51,394 bases of DNA, from NCBI GenBank assembly GCA_031290855.1, contig JAISLM010000021.1:1-51394 (forward strand), in the 5' to 3' direction. Position 1 is the stretch's first letter. Each line of letters starts with the position of its first letter. Shown here piece by piece: positions 1 to 8,660 of this stretch. This DNA comes from Spirochaetaceae bacterium (GTDB taxonomy: Bacteria; Spirochaetota; Spirochaetia; Treponematales; Breznakiellaceae). The translations under genes and the position numbers were made by a program. The notes beneath the pieces are model-generated. The model was not told the DNA's origin and made no database searches. It saw only the letters and a list, made by a program, of their open reading frames with translations.

Positions 1-1336
1 CGTCCCCCAAACATCAACTCCGCCAGGCGTTGCAGAACCCCACCGTCGACATCAAAACCTACGGCGTCTACGGCCTGTTCTCCTTCCTCCTCACCGATGA
101 AATCCGCTCCCTTGAGCGCGCCCTAGGAAAACCACTGGCCGACACCCTTCTGTCCTTTGCCCTGACCAGATGGGCCTACCAGTCGCCAATAAAACGGGCT
201 CCCTTCTATCACGCCCACCATTGCAGGTCCGACGTATGGAATGCCGATACGGCGCTGACCGACAAAACCCTCAGCGCCGCGCTGAAATCAGTTGGGGAAA
301 ACCGGCAGGCGGTGGTGCAGTGGCTGAAAGGATTGCTGCCCCCATCGGCGGCCGGGGAATCGTTCCTCCTTATGGATTCAACCCACGTGATGAGCGCGTC
401 GGAACAGCTGGAAGTAAACACGAAGGGCTACAATAATTCCTTTGACTTTGGGAAACAAGTGCGGCTGATGTATCTGTTTTCCGCCAAGATGAAGCTGCCG
501 GTCTATTACCGGCTTTTGGGCGGAAACATCGTGGATGTGGCGGCCATGGCCCTGTGTGTGGAGGAAATGGGGCTTTCCGACGTGGTATATATCGCCGACA
601 AGGGCTTCTACAGCGCTGCCAACGTGGCGATGCTGGAAGCGCGACATCTGCGGTATATCATTCCGGTCAGGCGGGACAACCGGCAGATAGACTATAGCCC
701 GCTGGAGGACGGGGAGTTCAAGGCGAAGCACGGCCGGTTCGTCTGGCAAGGGAGAATCATCTGGTGCTATCGGCACGAGGCTGGGGGGCAGGCGTTTGTC
801 ACGTATCTTGACGACCGGCTTCGAGTGGAGGAGGAACAGGATTACCTGGTCCGTATCACGACCCATCCTGACGCGTACACGGAGGAGGGATACCGGGAAC
901 GGCTGCGGCGGTTCGGGACCTTGACGCTGACCTATCATCTGGAGGGGGAACGCGGTCCCGAAGAAGTCTACACGGCGTACAAGCGGCGGAACGAGATAGA
1001 GATGATGTTCGACAGTTACAAGAATTTCATGAAGGGGGACGTGACGTATATGCAAAACCGGTATGTGCTTGAGGGGTGGCTTTTCGCGAACTTTCTGGCG
1101 ATGATGGCCTGGTACAAATTGTATGACAAGTTGAGGGAAGCGAAGCTGCTGGGGAACTACTCGCCGAAGGACATGATAGAGATGAGCAAGACGGTGTACA
1201 AGCTGAGGATAGGGGGAACATGGCGTCTGGCTGAAGTTACCGCCAAGCTCAGAAAGCTGCTCGTCAAAGCCGGAATAGACTACCTAAATGAGCGGAGTTA
1301 GGGCTTAACATACGGAGAAAAAAGGGAAAGGAGCCG
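1..1336 (+). mobile_element. Right part of an insertion sequence (transposase plus ~31-nt terminal sequence)
   Basis: Nt 1306-1336 (TTAACATACGGAGAAAAAAGGGAAAGGAGCC) directly follow the transposase stop. They recur in the opposite orientation at 25950 and 31218, consistent with an IS terminal repeat. The left end lies outside the window. Confidence 0.5.
3..1301 (+). CDS. IS4-superfamily (IS1634-like) DDE transposase, N-terminus cut by the window edge
   Basis: ORF 30..1301 stays open back to nt 3. It has DDE-type blocks LLMDSTHV and VYIADKGFYS. It has an exact Y-2-R-3-E-6-K signature (YKRRNEIEMMFDSYK), typical of IS4-type transposases. Confidence 0.75.
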   Translation, partial: SPKHQLRQALQNPTVDIKTYGVYGLFSFLLTDEIRSLERALGKPLADTLLSFALTRWAYQSPIKRAPFYHAHHCRSDVWNADTALTDKTLSAALKSVGENRQAVVQWLKGLLPPSAAGESFLLMDSTHVMSASEQLEVNTKGYNNSFDFGKQVRLMYLFSAKMKLPVYYRLLGGNIVDVAAMALCVEEMGLSDVVYIADKGFYSAANVAMLEARHLRYIIPVRRDNRQIDYSPLEDGEFKAKHGRFVWQGRIIWCYRHEAGGQAFVTYLDDRLRVEEEQDYLVRITTHPDAYTEEGYRERLRRFGTLTLTYHLEGERGPEEVYTAYKRRNEIEMMFDSYKNFMKGDVTYMQNRYVLEGWLFANFLAMMAWYKLYDKLREAKLLGNYSPKDMIEMSKTVYKLRIGGTWRLAEVTAKLRKLLVKAGIDYLNERS

Positions 1337-1452
1337 AACCGGAAAGTACCTTCGACCTTCCGGCGGAGCGGCGGAGGGCTTTTCGTCAGGTAAAATTTTT
1401 ATGGGTAAAGTTTAGCGCGGAGCGGCGGGGGAGCAGACCCCACTGCGAATAA
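1334..1452 (+). repeat. Right part of a family-B repeat fused to a family-A core (copy B1/A1)
   Basis: CCGAACC...GTAAAGTTTAGCGCGGAGCGGCGGGGGAGCAGACCCCACTGCGAATAA aligns with 14255-14400 and 26665-26722. The A core GGCGGGGGAGCAGACCCCACTGCGAATAA is at 1424-1452. Confidence 0.7.
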
Positions 1453-2821
1453 AACCCGCTCTGGGAAGGTGAATGCCACTGGCAGCCGCCGAAGAGAGGC
1501 GGGTTAGGTGGGCGAATTTGGAACGGAGCGCGATTGACAGCGGTATCAGTGCGCCTATGAATGCGAGAGGTCCCGCGAAACAGAGGCCGGTATAGCCGAA
1601 AAACGATGTAAGTATCAGCGCGGCGAATGTCCGCATCAACAGTTCCATCACGCCGGCAAGCGTGGGTACAAGGCTGTCGCCCAGCCCCTGTAAGGTCTGC
1701 CGTGTGCAGAACAGCAGCGCGAGCAGCGAAAAAAATACGCCTGTTACCTTTAGGTACCTGTGAGAGAGGCGGATAGCTTCCTGCTCGCCATGCAAGAAAA
1801 CAGCCGCTATCCTGTCCCCGAAAAAAAAGAACAAAAGTCCCATCACGACACTGAAGCCAAGTGCAATTGTGAGACCCTGCGCCACGCCTTTCTTTATCCG
1901 GTCATACTTTTTCGCGCCGAAATTCTGCGCGGCAAACGTCGTCATAGCCTGACCGTAGGAGCTTAGCGGCATCGTCGCAAGCTGGTCTATCTTTTGCCCG
2001 GTAGTGAAGGCCGCCACAGCCGCGTAACCCAGCCCGTTCAGCGCAAAGGTGACGGCGACCGCCCCTATAGCGATGATGCTCCACTGAAAGCCCACCGGCA
2101 ACGCTATTTTCACATGACGTATGATTTCCGCCACGTCCAGCTGGAAGTCGCCCTTCCCCGGCGCAAGCAGCGGGAAACGTTTCTTTATTGCCGGTATGCA
2201 GGCGAGCGCGGCAAAAAACTGGGAGATCACGGTCGCGATCCCCGCTCCCGCCACGCCGCTTTTGAACACAAGGATGAAGAGATAGTCTAGGGCGATGTTG
2301 ACTATGCAGGCGATTACAAGGAAGTACAGCGGCGTCCTGCTGTCGCCGACGGCGCGCATCATATTTGACAGCAGGTTGAACAGGGTGATGGCCGGCATAC
2401 CCCACAGCATCACGACAAAGTAACTGTAGGCATATTCGTATATCCGCTCCGGCGTGTTCAGAAGGCTGAGGAGGGGACGTAAGGTCCCTATGCTGAAGGC
2501 CATCAGCACCACGGTAACCGCCGCCCCGATCACAAGGCTCGCCACAAAACTTCGTTTAACGCCGGCCACATCCCCTGCGCCGTAGCGCTGGGACGTGATT
2601 ATCGCGGCGCCGGACGTAACGCCGATGATAAAGCCGAGTATCAGGAAGGCCAGACTGCCCGTACAACCTATCGCGGCGAGAGCCTCCATCCCTATCGTCC
2701 TGGCCACGATAAACGAATCTGCCATGTTGTAAAGTTGTTGAAACAGGTTTCCGATTACAAGCGGCACCGCAAAGGCGAATATAAGCGCGCCGGGCGGTCC
2801 CACGGTTAGATTCTTTGTCAT
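1412..2821 (-). CDS. MATE family efflux transporter
   Basis: Polytopic membrane protein with a typical MATE N-terminus (PLVIGNLFQQLYNMADSFIVARTIG). The start was moved to the internal ATG at 2821 (MTKNLTV...). The last ~25 codons are encoded by the B/A repeat. Confidence 0.88.
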   Translation of the reverse strand: MTKNLTVGPPGALIFAFAVPLVIGNLFQQLYNMADSFIVARTIGMEALAAIGCTGSLAFLILGFIIGVTSGAAIITSQRYGAGDVAGVKRSFVASLVIGAAVTVVLMAFSIGTLRPLLSLLNTPERIYEYAYSYFVVMLWGMPAITLFNLLSNMMRAVGDSRTPLYFLVIACIVNIALDYLFILVFKSGVAGAGIATVISQFFAALACIPAIKKRFPLLAPGKGDFQLDVAEIIRHVKIALPVGFQWSIIAIGAVAVTFALNGLGYAAVAAFTTGQKIDQLATMPLSSYGQAMTTFAAQNFGAKKYDRIKKGVAQGLTIALGFSVVMGLLFFFFGDRIAAVFLHGEQEAIRLSHRYLKVTGVFFSLLALLFCTRQTLQGLGDSLVPTLAGVMELLMRTFAALILTSFFGYTGLCFAGPLAFIGALIPLSIALRSKFAHLTRLSSAAASGIHLPRAGFIRSGVCSPAAPR

Positions 2822-3161
2822 AGCATAATAATAGCACAGGTTTGTATCGACAGGCAGGGCAGCCAGTCCTTCCATCGCACCGCAAAGGTGTGTAACGGAA
2901 AACCCGTGCAAGCAAGGCTGTGCCGATGAGGAAGCGCTGACTACCGTTCAATCCGCTCCTGCCTGGCAAAGGAAAACCGCACCGTTGGAACGGCCTTACC
3001 ACCTCGCGAATTCACAGGCGTATATTAACCCGCCGGCGGGCGCTGGCGGATGATTGCCCGGCAGCCAAGCGCCCTGTCATCCTGAACGCTGGGGTAAGCT
3101 CGCCGGCGGACGCTTTCTCCAAAGAGTCCGATCTGTGGATGGCAGACAGTCCCCGCGTTTA

Positions 3162-3244
3162 TGCCGGCGGAGAGACTTGAACTCTCACGAAGTTGCCCTC
3201 AGCAGATTTTGAGTCTGCCGTGTCTGCCATTCCACCACGCCGGC
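3162..3244 (-). tRNA. tRNA-Leu (anticodon CAA)
   Basis: Manual cloverleaf: acceptor GCCGGCG/CGCCGGC, anticodon stem GCAGA/TCTGC with loop CTCAAAA, long variable arm, T-arm GAGAG-TTCAAGT-CTCTC. Confidence 0.9.
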
Positions 3245-3333
3245 TTATTGAAAGACTAGAGGGAAGACAAAAACATTTCAAGACTGCGGAGACCTTGACA
3301 ATACGCGGGGGCGTTGCTAGGGTTTTTAGAGAT

Positions 3334-3927
3334 ATGATGACCAGAGAGACAGACGGCGGGCGGGTCGGCGAAAACCGGAGAGCGCTCGTGCGAACCAGCC
3401 TGACGGCGCTTTTTGCCGCTCTCACGGCGGCGGGGACCTTCATCTCGATACCCCTGCTTTTTACGCCCGTACCTATAGTATTGCAGAATATGTTTGCCCT
3501 GCTGTCCGGCCTTCTGCTTGGGCCGGTGTCGGGCGGTGCGGCGGTGGGACTTTACCTGTTGGCCGGCGCGATAGGGCTGCCTGTCTTTGCCGGCGCGCGC
3601 GGCGGCTTCGTGCAGTTCCTGGGGCCGACGGGCGGTTTTCTGGCAGGCTACCTGTTGTCCGCGTTACTCGCCGGACTAATCGCGGGCGCGCCGCGAGCGG
3701 GCGTGGAGACCCCGTACTGGCGGCTTGTGCTGGCGGGACTTGCCGGTATGCTCGTAGTGTACGTTCCCGGCATAATCCAGTTGAAAGCGGTGTTGCGGGC
3801 CTCCTGGCCCGAAGCGGTAGGCGTAGGTTTTCTGCCCTTCATAGCGGGGGACGCGGTAAAGACGGCGATCGCCGTGGTTACGGCGGGCAGACTTAGAAAA
3901 AGCGTAGCCAAAGCGCTGAATGGATAG
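3334..3927 (+). CDS. bioY: BioY family biotin transporter S-component
   Basis: BioY-like blocks PVPIVLQNMFALLSGLLLGP and FLGPTGGFLAGYLL. The start was set at the ATG at 3334, because the longer ORF runs through the tRNA-Leu gene. Confidence 0.85.
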   Translation: MMTRETDGGRVGENRRALVRTSLTALFAALTAAGTFISIPLLFTPVPIVLQNMFALLSGLLLGPVSGGAAVGLYLLAGAIGLPVFAGARGGFVQFLGPTGGFLAGYLLSALLAGLIAGAPRAGVETPYWRLVLAGLAGMLVVYVPGIIQLKAVLRASWPEAVGVGFLPFIAGDAVKTAIAVVTAGRLRKSVAKALNG

Positions 3928-4678
3928 GAATCCCCTCTTTTCGATACGACGGATTTCAAAGATATTTCCTTCCGGCCACGCCGCGCTTTCCGGCGTCGAC
4001 ATGGAAATAGAGGCGGGGCTCTGCCTTGTGATCGCCGGGGCCAACGGTTCGGGCAAGACGGTACTGATGAAGATAATCACCGGCCTTGCGGACGCCTCGT
4101 CCGGCGAGGTGTTCTTCGAGGGGGTGCCGCTTGACCGGGCGGTGAAGAGCCTCCGGCAATCGGTGGGGCTTGTTTTTCAGGACGCGGACACGCAGATAAT
4201 CGGCGAAACAGTCGCGGAGGACACGGCCCTGGGCCCCAAAAACCTTAAGCTGCCCAAAAACACCGTGGACGAGCGGGTTTCCGGGGCGATAAAGGCCGCC
4301 GGGCTAGAAGGAAAGGCCGATTTCCCGGCCCGCAGCCTGTCCGGGGGTGAAAAAAGGCGTCTTGCCGTGGCGGGCATCCTCGCTATGGGCTGCCAAACGA
4401 TCATCATGGACGAGCCTTTCGCGAATTTGGACTGGCCCGGCGTCCGCAGTGTGCTGCAGATCGTCGCGGAACTGAAGCGGGACGGCAAAACCGTGATCAT
4501 CCTGACGCATGAACTTGAAAAGACGCTCGCCTTCGCGGACAGGCTCGTGATAATCTGCGGCGGACGGGTCGTCCGGGACGGGGAGCCGGAGGCGGTGCTG
4601 GACGGCCTTAAACCGGAGTACGGTGTCCGCGACCCCCGCTGCGTTTACCGCACTGTAAAGGACTGCTCATGGCTGTAA
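3920..4678 (+). CDS. ecfA: Energy-coupling-factor (ECF) transporter ATPase
   Basis: Walker A GANGSGKT, signature LSGGEKRR, Walker B IIMDEP. It overlaps bioY by 8 nt. Confidence 0.85.
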   Translation: MDRNPLFSIRRISKIFPSGHAALSGVDMEIEAGLCLVIAGANGSGKTVLMKIITGLADASSGEVFFEGVPLDRAVKSLRQSVGLVFQDADTQIIGETVAEDTALGPKNLKLPKNTVDERVSGAIKAAGLEGKADFPARSLSGGEKRRLAVAGILAMGCQTIIMDEPFANLDWPGVRSVLQIVAELKRDGKTVIILTHELEKTLAFADRLVIICGGRVVRDGEPEAVLDGLKPEYGVRDPRCVYRTVKDCSWL

Positions 4679-5373
4679 CGCCTTTCTCGTACAGACCCGC
4701 CGCCACGCCCCTCCACCGGATCAACGCGGGGGTGAAGCTGCTTTGCCTCCTCGTGTTTTCGGCGGCGGCCTTCGCCGAGAGCATGGTATGCTCGGCAGTC
4801 CTCGGCGCGGGCCTCGTCATGGCGTCTCTCCGTGCGGGCATTAACCCGCTGTCCCTGTTGCGCGGCAGCCGTCCCGTCGCGGTTCTGGGACTATTCGTCG
4901 CGTTAGGACGGGCGGCGGACTTCTCGCCGCCTTACTTTGACGCAGCGGGTTTCTTTAGCGGACTGCAGTTTGTCTGGAGTATGCTGCTGTCGTTCTGCGG
5001 AGGGGCCTTGCTCTTTGCCGTGACGACGATGACGGAACTGCGGGAAGCGGTCTCCGCCGCCGAAAGCGCCCTGCTCAGGCCGGTGGCGGCGCTGTTGAAA
5101 AACTCAAAGACTCCCCGGCTGGAGAGGCTGCGCGCCGCCGCGCTTTACCCCCGGACGGCCCTCGCTTTAAGCCTGATGATGGGCTTCATCCCGCGCTTTT
5201 TCGCGGAGTGGGAGGCGCTGCAAAACGCCTACCTGGCACGAGGAGGCAGCCGGGGAATCGCCTGCCTCTCGCGTCTTGTCCCGCTGGCCACCGCCCGCAT
5301 GATCGACAGGGCTGAGGAGACGGCCGCCGCGCTCGAGGCGCGGGGTCTGAAAACATTTAACGCTTCTTTTTGA
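4669..5373 (+). CDS. ecfT: ECF transporter transmembrane (T) component
   Basis: Hydrophobic CbiQ/EcfT-like protein. It overlaps ecfA by 10 nt, giving a bioY-ecfA-ecfT operon layout. Confidence 0.72.
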   Translation: MAVTPFSYRPAATPLHRINAGVKLLCLLVFSAAAFAESMVCSAVLGAGLVMASLRAGINPLSLLRGSRPVAVLGLFVALGRAADFSPPYFDAAGFFSGLQFVWSMLLSFCGGALLFAVTTMTELREAVSAAESALLRPVAALLKNSKTPRLERLRAAALYPRTALALSLMMGFIPRFFAEWEALQNAYLARGGSRGIACLSRLVPLATARMIDRAEETAAALEARGLKTFNASF

Positions 5374-7675
5374 ATGCCTCGGCAAAGGGATTGTACATCT
5401 TGCCGTCGTCACGGGCGGCGAAGCTTTCCCGTTTAACGACGACGACGCGCTTCTTGCCACCGGAAACGGAACCGATCCCGGTCGCCGTCTCTCCGCCGCC
5501 GCCTTTCACGCCGGCGTGAGTTCCCGCCCCGCTCTTCCTCGACAGGCTGATCCTACGCCTCTCCGTGTCCAGGCCGATGATCGTGAAGTCCAGCACGTCC
5601 CCCACCTTGATCACGTTCATAGGGTCTTTCACGAAGCTGTCGCTAAGCTCGGATATGTGGACAAGCGCAGTCTCCTTCAGCCCCAGGTCTACGAAAGCGC
5701 CGAAATCGACGACGTTCTTTATCTTGCCGGTAACGAGCATCCCCTCCTTCAGGTCTTCAAACGTGACGACGCCCTTCTGCATGACGGGCTTCGGGTAGGA
5801 CTCGCGGGGGTCCCGCCCCGGCTTTTTCAATTCCTCAAAGATGTCGTTTATCGTCTCGTCCCCGACCGTGTATTTTTCTTTCAATTCATTCCGCGCCTGT
5901 GGCGGGAGGCCGCCCGTAGCCGTCACCGTGTTCCGAATCACCCGCGCCACCTCGTAGTTTTCCGGGTGGACCCAGGTGTTGTCCAGCAGCTCGGCGCTTT
6001 CCGGTATCTTTAGGAAGCCGGCGCACTGTTCAAAGCTCTTCGGCCCCATGCCGGGCACTTCGAGCAACTCGGAGCGGGACGCTATCTTCCCCTTCTCGTC
6101 CCGGTACTTAACGATCTTCTTCGCAAGCTGTCTGTTGATCCCGGACACGTAGCGCAGCAGCGAGGGGCTTGCCGTGTTAAGGTTCACGCCGACATTGTTC
6201 ACGACGGACGAGACAACCTCGTCCAGCGTGTCGGACAGCTTCTTCTGGTTCACGTCGTGCTGGTAAAGGCCGACGCCTATCGACTTAGGGTCGATCTTCA
6301 CGAGCTCGGCCAGCGGGTCCTGAAGCCGCCGTCCTATAGAGATCGCGCCCCGTATCGTCAGGTCCAACTCCGGGAATTCCTCGCGGGCAATGTCGCTGGC
6401 CGAGTACACGGACGCGCCGTCCTCGTCAACAACGGTATAAAGCACATCGAGGCAGTTTTCGCTAATCACCTGCGAGACTAGCTCCCGCACCTCCTTGGAA
6501 CCCGTACCGTTACCGACGGCGATCAATTGCAAGCCGTAGTCCTTCACGTTCTTGAGTATCAGTTCCTTCGCCTCGTCCGCCTTGTCGTTCTTGAAAACGA
6601 AGTGATGGAGGAACTTCCCCGTATCGTCCAGGCAGGCGCATTTCGTGCCGGTGCGTATACCTGGGTCGATCCCCAGAACCCGCGTCCCCTTGATCGGCTG
6701 CTGCATTAAGAGGTTTTTCAGGTTCGCGCTGAACACGCCGATCCCGTGGCTGTCCGCCGTATCGCTCGCGTCGCTGCGGAGTTCGCGTATCACGGCCGGC
6801 GAGAGGAGCCGCACGAGGCCGTCCTCCACGGCCGTCTTGTGGTAGTCGTTGTGTAAGACGCAGCGCTCCTGCAGCCTGGCGACGGCGACATCTTCGTCAA
6901 CATCCACCGTGACCTCCAGCTTGCCCTCCCTCTCGCCGCGGTTGATCGCAAGGATACGGTGCGGCTTGATGTCGGACAGCTTCTCGGCATAGTCCCAGTA
7001 CATCTGGTACACGGAAGCCTTCCTCTCGGCCTCGTCCCCCGTTCCCTTGACGGTGATACGCCCGTCCGCGAGGTAGAAAGCCTTCACGAGGGCGCGGTTC
7101 TCGGAGTCCTGCGCGGCGCGCTCGGCAAGGATGTCCATCGCTCCCTGTAGCGCGTCTTCAACGGAGGCGACGGAAAGCGCGTCGTTCTCCGCGTCCTCCC
7201 GGACAAACTCGACAGCCCGAGCGCGCAGCGCGTCCCCGTCAAGCTCCGTCATCAACTCGGCGAGCAGGCCGAGTCCCCTCTCCAGAGCCATCATCCCGCG
7301 CGTCTTCTTCTTGCGCTTGTAGGGCGCGTAAATATCCTCAAGCTCGCTCAGCGAGGACGCTTTCATTATGTTTTCAAAGAGGCCCTCGTCCAGCTTGCCC
7401 TGTTCAAAAATACCCCGGATAATTTCCAGCCGCCGCGTCTCCATGTTGACGCCGCTCGAAAAGAGGTGCTCGACATCACGCACCTGCACCTCGTCCAGGC
7501 TGCCCGTCGCCTCTTTCCGGTAGCGGGCGATGAACGGCACGGTTCCGCCGTCGTTCAGAAGCGCGACGACCGCCGCCACCTGCTCCGCCCGCACGGACAG
7601 CGCCGCCGCTATCCGATTCCTGACGGCGGCCTCGTCAACGACAAGGCCGTCTATAAATTCTTTGGTGATTTCCAT
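5357..7675 (-). CDS. tex: Tex-like transcription accessory protein (YqgF/HHH/S1 domains)
   Basis: Tex-type N-terminus (VPFIARYRKEATG) and C-terminal S1 domain (GMLVTGKIKNVVDFGAFVDLG). The start was set at the internal ATG at 7675 (MEITKEF). The 3' end overlaps ecfT convergently by 17 nt. Confidence 0.9.
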   Translation of the reverse strand: MEITKEFIDGLVVDEAAVRNRIAAALSVRAEQVAAVVALLNDGGTVPFIARYRKEATGSLDEVQVRDVEHLFSSGVNMETRRLEIIRGIFEQGKLDEGLFENIMKASSLSELEDIYAPYKRKKKTRGMMALERGLGLLAELMTELDGDALRARAVEFVREDAENDALSVASVEDALQGAMDILAERAAQDSENRALVKAFYLADGRITVKGTGDEAERKASVYQMYWDYAEKLSDIKPHRILAINRGEREGKLEVTVDVDEDVAVARLQERCVLHNDYHKTAVEDGLVRLLSPAVIRELRSDASDTADSHGIGVFSANLKNLLMQQPIKGTRVLGIDPGIRTGTKCACLDDTGKFLHHFVFKNDKADEAKELILKNVKDYGLQLIAVGNGTGSKEVRELVSQVISENCLDVLYTVVDEDGASVYSASDIAREEFPELDLTIRGAISIGRRLQDPLAELVKIDPKSIGVGLYQHDVNQKKLSDTLDEVVSSVVNNVGVNLNTASPSLLRYVSGINRQLAKKIVKYRDEKGKIASRSELLEVPGMGPKSFEQCAGFLKIPESAELLDNTWVHPENYEVARVIRNTVTATGGLPPQARNELKEKYTVGDETINDIFEELKKPGRDPRESYPKPVMQKGVVTFEDLKEGMLVTGKIKNVVDFGAFVDLGLKETALVHISELSDSFVKDPMNVIKVGDVLDFTIIGLDTERRRISLSRKSGAGTHAGVKGGGGETATGIGSVSGGKKRVVVVKRESFAARDDGKMYNPFAEAFKKKR

Positions 7676-7768
7676 ACCGCGATTATAGTTCGCCGTCCCT
7701 CGCAAAGTCCAGCCAGAGTGCCAAGCGCGCCAGGCAATGGGCCGCCGCAGGCGGCTAATGAGCAATGG

Positions 7769-7861
7769 CAATGAGGGATGAGGGGCCGCCGACACGGAAC
7801 TTGCCGGGCGGTCGGGGTCTGACCCTATCCCGGCCTAAATCTTTACCCGGTAATGATTTAG
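7769..7861. repeat. Direct repeat copy 1 (~93 nt) upstream of tex
   Basis: CAATGAGGGATG...GGCCGCCGACACGGAACTTGCCGGGCGG.CGGGGTCTGACCCTATCCCGGCCTAA.TC.TTACCCGGTAATGATTTAG recurs at 7878-7988. Confidence 0.85.
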
Positions 7862-7877
7862 CGCGACAAGACGCGTA

Positions 7878-7988
7878 CAATGAGGGATGTGTGTGTAAGG
7901 GGCGGGTACCGGCCGCCGACACGGAACTTGCCGGGCGGGCGGGGTCTGACCCTATCCCGGCCTAAGTCGTTACCCGGTAATGATTTAG
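7878..7988. repeat. Direct repeat copy 2 (~111 nt, carries a ~21-nt insertion)
   Basis: Near-identical to 7769-7861 apart from inserted TGTGTGTAAGGGGCGGGTACC and 3 substitutions. It contains the REP-like core GGGGTCTGACCC. Confidence 0.85.
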
Positions 7989-8114
7989 GAGAGGGAAACG
8001 AAGGATCGGAGTACGTATCTGAAAACTTAAGAGATACCTCCAGAAAGTTTTTTCCGTCAAGGATGGCCGGAAAGCGGGGAAAAACCCCCGGTTTTAACAA
8101 AATTAAACTTTAAT

Positions 8115-8150
8115 GAGGCTTTCCCAAAACTGAAGTTTTGGGAAAGCCTC
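8115..8150. repeat. Perfect 16-bp-stem palindrome (GAGGCTTTCCCAAAAC-TGAA-GTTTTGGGAAAGCCTC)
   Basis: Read directly. The inner module CCCAAAAC-TGAA-GTTTTGG recurs at ~8309, ~11113, ~21050 and ~31286. Confidence 0.9.
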
Positions 8151-8178
8151 TACTGTCATATTATAATTTTACCAGTGG

Positions 8179-8336
8179 AGACTGTTCCAAAACTAATTGA
8201 CTGTGCGCTAAAGCGCGCGGTTTTGGACCAGGCTCTTGCAGTTTTTCAGGCTAAAGCCTTGCAAAACCGCGTTTTTTAAAGGTTGCTGGACAAGCGAAGC
8301 TTGTCTCCCCAAAACTGAAGTTTTGGAACAGCCTCA
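8179..8336 (+). repeat. Family-D dispersed repeat, copy D1
   Basis: Aligns along its length with 20908-21081 (CCAAAACTAATTGACTGTGCGCTAA...AAGCTTGTCTCCCCAAAACTGAA.TTTTGG.A.AGCCTCA). Confidence 0.85.
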
Positions 8337-8565
8337 GTGAGTCAGGTTATTTTTTGACAGTTCCCTAGGTTCGCGCTTGCCGCGCGGAGGCTCATTGCTG
8401 CCGCCGGTGTCGTATTCGCTTGGAGTAATGCGTATGCGCCTAAATTGGTAATATTATACTGCCAACCTCTAACGTTACGCTGTAAATCTTGATGCTAAAA
8501 GAGCCTGCCCGATTTTGGTAACGCTTTCCGGAATAGTTGCGCCGGCAAGCGCCTACGGCGGGCCG

Positions 8566-8650
8566 CGCAAGGGATAGAAGCGGTATGAAAACGGCGCCGC
8601 CGTTTTCATAATAGCGGATAGCCCGGTCGCCGCACGGCGGCGATGCGCCC
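8566..8650 (-). repeat. Family-C repeat, copy C1 (short form)
   Basis: The reverse complement matches 26751-26788 and 26911-26930 (GGGCGCATCGCCGC.G.GCGGCGA.CGGGCTATCCGCT ... CCGCTTCTATCC). It abuts the rluA-family stop codon. Confidence 0.75.
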
Positions 8651-8660
8651 GGATCAAGGG

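Noticed and set aside
3295-3323. TTGACA-17 nt-TAGGGT as the bioY promoter
   Set aside because: The spacing is good but the -10 element is weak. It would leave almost no leader or RBS before the ATG at 3334, so support is insufficient.
3193-3333. N-terminal extension of the bioY ORF
   Set aside because: It reads through the tRNA-Leu gene on the opposite strand, and BioY homology begins after the ATG at 3334.
7676-7795. N-terminal 40 codons of the 812-aa ORF (tex)
   Set aside because: The extension is Arg/Trp-rich and runs into the upstream direct repeat. The internal ATG at 7675 gives the conserved Tex N-terminus.
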